A DNA stretch of 31,036 nucleotides, taken from IMG/VR virus record IMGVR_UViG_3300016484_000911, positions 1-31,036 of that record; one strand, written 5' to 3'. The position numbers and the translations under genes are program-made. The notes under the pieces were generated by a model, which worked only from the letters and a program-made list of their open reading frames with translations, did not search any database and was not told where the DNA came from. Source of the DNA: a virus (lineage: Duplodnaviria; Caudoviricetes). Positions 26,395-31,036 of the stretch are shown in pieces; position 1 is the first letter of the stretch, and the number at the start of each line of letters is the position of its first letter.

Positions 26395-27224
26395 AGAAGT
26401 TACTCATAGCAACCCTCTCCTTACTTGCCGCTTCCGCTCAAGCTGAGACCAGAGGACTAGCGCTGTTGCCACTTAAGCATCCAAATTTTCCCGTAAGGCA
26501 GGCATGTGACATTCTCAAATCATCGCCTAGCCCTTCCTTCAGTTTTATAGCAGATGTTACTTTTGGGACCTCAGACAGAAACGTACACACGCTCATTAGG
26601 TGCATTAAGCCTTATGCTGATAGCCGTCCGAACGGGCTTCGCGTTCATGCTTATGTGCTTACTGGACCTGCGAGACGCCCTAGGAGGAATGGTTCGGTCC
26701 CTCATTCGATGCCGCATCTCACCATATCGGAGTTTAACGCAAAGCTCAGACTTAGAGATGGTAGAGTGGCGAAAGCCTACGTTCGACGGGTACAGCTGCT
26801 AAAGATTCTAGTGGACCACTACCCCGATATCGTGTGGGTTGTGACCCCAGAGCTAGAGGACAACCTTACGCGAGAAGGATTCTCTTACTTAAAACGACTC
26901 ACAGCTAGGGTGTTCGAGGGGTATCCGAATGTGCTTATCACACGCAATCCCCTAGTGCCGCAGAGAGGACCAGAGCCAACTGAGATTCACACGTTCAACC
27001 CTGAGAGGATTAAGACCTTGAGGCGGGGGGATACTGTGAGCGGAGATGGTGTCGATTACTGGCCAACAATGGAGTCTGTAAGAGTGGCTGAGAGAATGGG
27101 AATCCATTGGCACTTCTGGCAGCCATCCATGCAGGGCATCACAAGGAATCCCAACGTCCACCCCTCAAAGCGCACTTATAGATTTACAGATATCCCACGC
27201 ATTAAAAGACTACTAAGAGGATAA
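26391..27224 (+). CDS. Secreted protein with signal peptide, possible TIM-barrel fold
   Basis: MKKLLIATLSLLAASAQA signal peptide with AxA site; alternating beta/alpha pattern; PELEDN, EIH and SGDG motifs. Confidence 0.65.
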   Translation: MKKLLIATLSLLAASAQAETRGLALLPLKHPNFPVRQACDILKSSPSPSFSFIADVTFGTSDRNVHTLIRCIKPYADSRPNGLRVHAYVLTGPARRPRRNGSVPHSMPHLTISEFNAKLRLRDGRVAKAYVRRVQLLKILVDHYPDIVWVVTPELEDNLTREGFSYLKRLTARVFEGYPNVLITRNPLVPQRGPEPTEIHTFNPERIKTLRRGDTVSGDGVDYWPTMESVRVAERMGIHWHFWQPSMQGITRNPNVHPSKRTYRFTDIPRIKRLLRG

Positions 27225-27226
27225 AT

Positions 27227-27451
27227 ATGGAAGTAAGGAAGATACTCGAAGCCAGCGATAGGACCCTGTCAATGCTACCGCTTAACGGCGGGAAGACTCA
27301 GACAGGAGCCACTTTATATGTCGTGGGGCAACTACTCGCACTCATACCCGGACTACAGTTTCTTGCAGTCCCAGGAGTACTGGAGGCTATCGGCACAGCC
27401 GTAATGTCGGTGGGTGTTGCTCATCGCGCCATCAAGAAGGCTATCGAGTAG
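27227..27451 (+). CDS. Holin-like small membrane protein
   Basis: NGGKT motif followed by two hydrophobic segments and a basic tail; GAGG RBS. Confidence 0.6.
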   Translation: MEVRKILEASDRTLSMLPLNGGKTQTGATLYVVGQLLALIPGLQFLAVPGVLEAIGTAVMSVGVAHRAIKKAIE

Positions 27452-27902
27452 CGTAGCCACGTTGTTTGTGTAGCACTCTAAAGATCGTCTTCTTACCACA
27501 CCCCATGATTGCGGCAATCTCTCTATGGGGTGTTCCTTCGCTCGCCATCGCCTGTATTCTTTCCACATCAACCTCAGTCAGTGGGACTTTTCTCTCGACG
27601 CTGCTCCTCCTGTTCCACTGATTCTCAAGCGGTGTCACCCACCTACAGTTAGATGGCTCATAATTCCCATCGCTATCTATCCTGTCTATCTGTAGCTCGG
27701 CCCTCCACTCATTAGTCAGAGCCCACTCCTTGAAAACTTCGTACCGACTCCATTCCTCGCAGACCCGGATACCCCTGCCACCATAGAACTGATAGGCTGA
27801 GTGATTCTTGTTTGAACATCTCTTTCTCATGTATATCCAACAGCGGTAAAGCTTGAGATAGGGGCTTGAGGTCCGGTTGTCTAAATTAGGTTTTCTTGGC
27901 AT
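27441..27902 (-). CDS. HNH-family homing-type endonuclease with C-terminal HTH
   Basis: W..MRKRC...YGGRGIRVCEEW...IDRIDSDGNYEPSNCRW...NQWN and HREIAAIMGCGKKTIFRVL; GGAGA RBS. Confidence 0.88.
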   Translation of the reverse strand: MPRKPNLDNRTSSPYLKLYRCWIYMRKRCSNKNHSAYQFYGGRGIRVCEEWSRYEVFKEWALTNEWRAELQIDRIDSDGNYEPSNCRWVTPLENQWNRRSSVERKVPLTEVDVERIQAMASEGTPHREIAAIMGCGKKTIFRVLHKQRGYATR

Positions 27903-27917
27903 GTCTCTCCAAACGAC

Positions 27918-27937
27918 AAAAGGGGCTCAAAGGCCCC
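27918..27937 (-). terminator. Rho-independent terminator after dUTPase
   Basis: Minus strand GGGGC-CTTTGA-GCCCC-TTTT. Confidence 0.65.
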
Positions 27938-27962
27938 ACTCTATCACATCAATGTCCCGGCT

Positions 27963-28475
27963 TCATCTTCCCGTACTGCCAAACCCATCACTCCCCCGCT
28001 CCGTCTTCCCCAACTCAGCAAAGCTCACCTCCTCTAGTTCAGGTGTGATGCATGGGACGATGAGGAGCTGTGCTACTCTCTCACCCTTCTCAATGAAGAG
28101 AACTCCCTCTGACAGATTACTCAGCATGACGATGAGCTCTCCTCTATAAGATGAGTCTATCACTCCCCCGTGAGTCCTTATCCCCTTCAAGGCCATGCTA
28201 CTACGGTCTTTAATGATGCCTACATATCCTTCGGGGATAGCGACAAATATTCCCGTACTAACCTGGATTCTCATGTTGGGGTAGAGAACCCTCTTCTCGG
28301 TCGCTCTCAGGTCGTAGCCTGCATCACCGGAGCGGGGGGAGGACAAGGGAGTCCCTCCCAACTCTAGGTCAAGCCCTAGCCTAGTTGCGAACTTCATCTT
28401 CTGAGCTCCCTCTAGCGCACGAACCTTCTTCTCAAGGCGCTGGAACCTATCGTATATAGCGTCTCGAACTGTCAT
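27963..28475 (-). CDS. dut: Trimeric dUTPase
   Basis: All five motifs present: AGYDL, RSS, GVIDSSYRGE, GERVAQL, RGSDGFGSTG. Confidence 0.96.
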   Translation of the reverse strand: MTVRDAIYDRFQRLEKKVRALEGAQKMKFATRLGLDLELGGTPLSSPRSGDAGYDLRATEKRVLYPNMRIQVSTGIFVAIPEGYVGIIKDRSSMALKGIRTHGGVIDSSYRGELIVMLSNLSEGVLFIEKGERVAQLLIVPCITPELEEVSFAELGKTERGSDGFGSTGR

Positions 28476-28654
28476 ACCTCCTCCTTAGCCAACACATGAG
28501 TCCCCAACAAATCCGCCTCTCTCATCACCGAGAGAAAGCTTGTCCTCAAGTTACGCAGAACCACCACCACCTCAAACCCCTCCTCCTCTATCACCCCTAT
28601 CACAAGTCGCATGGCACCTGTGAAGGATTGGTAGACTTGCCCCTTCTTAATCAT
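28472..28654 (-). CDS. Small hypothetical protein (SH3-like beta pattern)
   Basis: IKKGQVY start; ATGA-coupled to dut. Confidence 0.7.
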   Translation of the reverse strand: MIKKGQVYQSFTGAMRLVIGVIEEEGFEVVVVLRNLRTSFLSVMREADLLGTHVLAKEEV

Positions 28655-28735
28655 TTAATCCTCGAACATCTTTATCAGGAATACGTAGTTAAGGACCACG
28701 ATGACTATCACCACTATTGCTCCTACCTCGCTCAC
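28655..28735 (-). CDS. 26-aa single-TM peptide (not in the ORF track)
   Basis: GTGA overlap upstream, stop abuts the next ATG; MSEVGAIVVIVIVVLNYVFLIKMFED. Confidence 0.6.
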   Translation of the reverse strand: MSEVGAIVVIVIVVLNYVFLIKMFED

Positions 28736-28992
28736 ACCACCTCCCTATACAGGCAAGTAACAGTCTTATTCCCCCGCTCATCATTCCCATACCTAATCCC
28801 GTCTATCGCATAAATGCGCCAGTGGGTGAGGGGGAAGTCATCTTCAAACTCACCAGGACGTAGGTCTACTGTCTGGCCTTTGAGAGGACGGGCTATCCTG
28901 TTCCACCAGTTCTCCCAGTTGGCGGGACGTTCAGTGACGAGAGCAAGGCCATCTGCTGATTCAAGATGAATGTAGTATTTTATTTCACTCAT
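28732..28992 (-). CDS. Hypothetical protein
   Basis: Coupled to its neighbours on both sides. Confidence 0.7.
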   Translation of the reverse strand: MSEIKYYIHLESADGLALVTERPANWENWWNRIARPLKGQTVDLRPGEFEDDFPLTHWRIYAIDGIRYGNDERGNKTVTCLYREVV

Positions 28993-29357
28993 AGTGGCCC
29001 CTGTCGGACATATTCCAGACTACCTATCGCGAAGTTCCCAGAGGCGATGACGTGGTATCCAGCAACATCTAATGCGACAACAAGTGATCTCTCTGGTACT
29101 AGCGCGATTATCTCCACCTCCGCCATCGCCTTCCATCTCCACACTTCCCCAACTCTCGGCTCACGGATGTGGGGCTCGTATTGCTCTATGAGATGCCTGA
29201 CTTGAATCACCCCCACAGAGCCAGCACGGTAGCCTGCCAATCGGTAAACAGCCAAAGGGATCTCTCCGTCTTTCGCCAGATCTACTATCGTGAGTTTGAC
29301 GCAGTCTCCACGCTTCTGTTGCCACTCACTACCAACTTTTATTTCCTGCTCGCTCAT
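28989..29357 (-). CDS. Hypothetical protein with two SH3-like repeats
   Basis: IKVGSEWQ and PRVGEVWR repeats. Confidence 0.7.
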   Translation of the reverse strand: MSEQEIKVGSEWQQKRGDCVKLTIVDLAKDGEIPLAVYRLAGYRAGSVGVIQVRHLIEQYEPHIREPRVGEVWRWKAMAEVEIIALVPERSLVVALDVAGYHVIASGNFAIGSLEYVRQGPL

Positions 29358-29817
29358 ACTCTTCCCCCGCTACAAGTAAGTCATCTTCCCATCTCGCTCT
29401 CTCAAGACTCACCTGAGACCCGCCTTGGGCTCCACCTTTGATTCTCTCTGTCTTCGCTAGCCACCACATCCCTAGCTCTGCAACGGAAGCCGACCTACTT
29501 ACCCTCGCTTTGCTTCTGCGTTTATTACCGAAGCCCTTAGTAACAATGGTGAACTTAGGATGAGCTACTATGATGGGCTCATAGAGTCCTTCAGTGTTCA
29601 CCCACCTACCACTCTTCTTGTCCTTATAGCCCAACCACACAGGCTTTGCGGGGTAGTGATGGTCGATGGTGAGTCGGTAGAGACGACCTTTACCGGAATC
29701 GTGATACCAACCTGGAGCGGTGAAACCCTGCTTACTCGAAGCTGAGTAGTAAACGAACTCCCAATCTTGTAAGCCTCTTCCTCTACGCCAGAGGGTGACA
29801 ATTACCTTACTCTTCAT
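29329..29817 (-). CDS. Hypothetical basic, Trp-rich protein
   Basis: GGAGG RBS; short overlaps with both neighbours. Confidence 0.7.
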   Translation of the reverse strand: MKSKVIVTLWRRGRGLQDWEFVYYSASSKQGFTAPGWYHDSGKGRLYRLTIDHHYPAKPVWLGYKDKKSGRWVNTEGLYEPIIVAHPKFTIVTKGFGNKRRSKARVSRSASVAELGMWWLAKTERIKGGAQGGSQVSLERARWEDDLLVAGEEYERAGNKSW

Positions 29818-30223
29818 CTCCCCCCTCCCAACTTGCTACATCCAGCCCCGCCACAAATCCCTCTTCAAACCCCTCGCTATACCCCTCCTCATAGCCCTTC
29901 GAGTGACCATCGGTATGTCCCTCCTGATAGGCTCTGTCCTCATCGTTAGCCATACTGATGACGCTTGGATTCTGTGCTAGAGCTAGCCTCTCCCCTTGCT
30001 CATGCCCTAGCCTGTAAGCGTTTCTAACGGCCTCTGCCACGACCATTGTAGGAATTAAAAGGGTTTGAGCGCCTAGCCCCTGTTCTCCCGAAGTCTGTAG
30101 CGATGCAATACTCACCGCTTTTGCTCTCGCCTGCTCCATCACCCTGTCTAGCTCGGTCTCCCACTCCTTCTGAGAAGACTGTACCGCACTGAACACACTG
30201 TAACCTGACGTTGCCTCGGTCAT
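29807..30223 (-). CDS. Hypothetical protein with FliH/Yae1-like GxxxG repeats
   Basis: GGAGG RBS; EGHTDGHSKGYEEGYSEGFEEGFVAG. Confidence 0.7.
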   Translation of the reverse strand: MTEATSGYSVFSAVQSSQKEWETELDRVMEQARAKAVSIASLQTSGEQGLGAQTLLIPTMVVAEAVRNAYRLGHEQGERLALAQNPSVISMANDEDRAYQEGHTDGHSKGYEEGYSEGFEEGFVAGLDVASWEGGDEE

Positions 30224-30284
30224 AATCTACCTCCCTAAACTCTCTATCTTTCGTGCATCGCTGACAGAATTTAATCGAGCTCAT
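30024..30284 (-). CDS. Possible zinc-ribbon protein overlapping the downstream gene
   Basis: MSSIKFCQRC...CVQCG; the ATG overlaps the end of the upstream gene. Confidence 0.45.
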   Translation of the reverse strand: MSSIKFCQRCTKDREFREVDYDRGNVRLQCVQCGTVFSEGVGDRARQGDGAGESKSGEYCIATDFGRTGARRSNPFNSYNGRGRGR

Positions 30285-30492
30285 CTCTGTTAAACTCCGC
30301 CACATACAACGCTGGCTTATCTAACGCTTCGCACATTGCGGTGAGGATAGCGGTAATCTGTTTAGGACTGCCTTCTACCGTGGCGGGGGTACGCTCCACC
30401 AGCGCTTGCCCCGCTCTCAACTGAAACCTGCTTAGCTGGTGGTGCCACCGTGTTCCCACCTTGAAACGTATGACTCTATAGCTAGTTTTCAC
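30271..30492 (-). CDS. Hypothetical protein
   Basis: GTGA-coupled to the upstream gene. Confidence 0.65.
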   Translation of the reverse strand: MKTSYRVIRFKVGTRWHHQLSRFQLRAGQALVERTPATVEGSPKQITAILTAMCEALDKPALYVAEFNRDELD

Positions 30493-30722
30493 TCTTCCCC
30501 TTTGAGTCTCTTTAATTCAGCCTCTAGCTCCTCTATCCGAGCGGCATTTTCAACTCTTTTGTTGTACTTCTGTACTGCCTCAGTCAGAAAACCAGCGAGC
30601 AAATCAAGACTTTTCCCTGTGGGGCCGGGGTACAGTTCTGCGACGGGCATCCCGCCCCACCCGTCAATGATTATTGCTCGCCCACACCTATCCACTCGAA
30701 ACGTCCAATATGTTTTAGTCAC
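30489..30722 (-). CDS. Hypothetical protein with C-terminal coiled coil
   Basis: GGAGG RBS; ARIEELEAELKRLK. Confidence 0.7.
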   Translation of the reverse strand: MTKTYWTFRVDRCGRAIIIDGWGGMPVAELYPGPTGKSLDLLAGFLTEAVQKYNKRVENAARIEELEAELKRLKGEE

Positions 30723-30847
30723 TTCTTGCCTCCACTGGTATTACCACCCACAGGACTAGGCTTCACCCCTTGGTTATCCTTCGGCGTCTTAGTGCCGCTC
30801 GGGATTGGCTTCGATGTATGATTGCAGCTACTTCCCTTCTTGCTCAT
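30719..30847 (-). CDS. 42-aa low-complexity peptide (not in the ORF track)
   Basis: ATG 30847 to TGA overlapping the GTG of the next gene; MSKKGSSCNH...GGKK. Confidence 0.45.
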   Translation of the reverse strand: MSKKGSSCNHTSKPIPSGTKTPKDNQGVKPSPVGGNTSGGKK

Positions 30848-31036
30848 CCTTCTTCTCCCCCGCTTTAGTTAATCTCGCTATCTCCTGTGCGCTCCTGACC
30901 ACCTCATAGAGGAACGTCAAGCACTGCTGGTGCTGGTCAGTCACGAAGAAAACTTCGCTCATGACCAAAGCTCTCTGCGCCTTCATGAACTGTCTGATTA
31001 TCTCGTTATCCGCCTCTGTAGGCTGAAAACCTTCAC
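30828..31036 (-). CDS. 3' part of a hypothetical protein (truncated by window edge)
   Basis: Open frame EGFQPTEADNEIIRQF...DEQEGK ending at TAG 30828-30830. Confidence 0.6.
   Translation of the reverse strand, partial: EGFQPTEADNEIIRQFMKAQRALVMSEVFFVTDQHQQCLTFLYEVVRSAQEIARLTKAGEKKDEQEGK

Noticed and set aside
1-31036. Stop-codon reassignment (TAG or TGA)
   Set aside because: Long genes are intact under the standard code, and TAG, TGA and TAA all end genes at coupled junctions.
1-31036. tRNA genes, integrase or att sites
   Set aside because: No cloverleaf with a T-loop motif and no recombinase motif was recognised by eye; lifestyle cannot be determined from this window.

Overview
This window is 31 kb of a tailed dsDNA phage genome with podovirus-type gene order. 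From left to right it contains: (i) small early-type genes (1-1816, +) punctuated by a duplicated terminator-promoter-RBS unit; (ii) a largely non-coding control region (about 2260-3670) with IHF-like sites, a nested multi-stem structure, 22-bp iteron-like repeats and a promoter; (iii) a packaging and virion module (degenerate HNH-like ORF, TerL, portal, scaffold, N4-gp56-like major capsid, fibre, tail adaptor, three tandem glycine-rich paralogues, tail nozzle, four probable ejection proteins); (iv) a lysis cassette (XhlA-like membrane protein, SLT lytic transglycosylase, a signal-peptide protein, a holin-like protein); and (v) a convergent minus-strand block (HNH-HTH endonuclease, dUTPase, many small coupled ORFs). 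The most unusual observations are a large terminase whose RNase H-like nuclease domain appears circularly permuted, a ~150-190 nt three-way-junction structure upstream of the packaging genes, a 9-mer (GGAGCGGGG) seen 17 times and concentrated around the control region, and PeSL-like expression cassettes. All calls are from motif recognition by eye; no database searches or folding programs were run.
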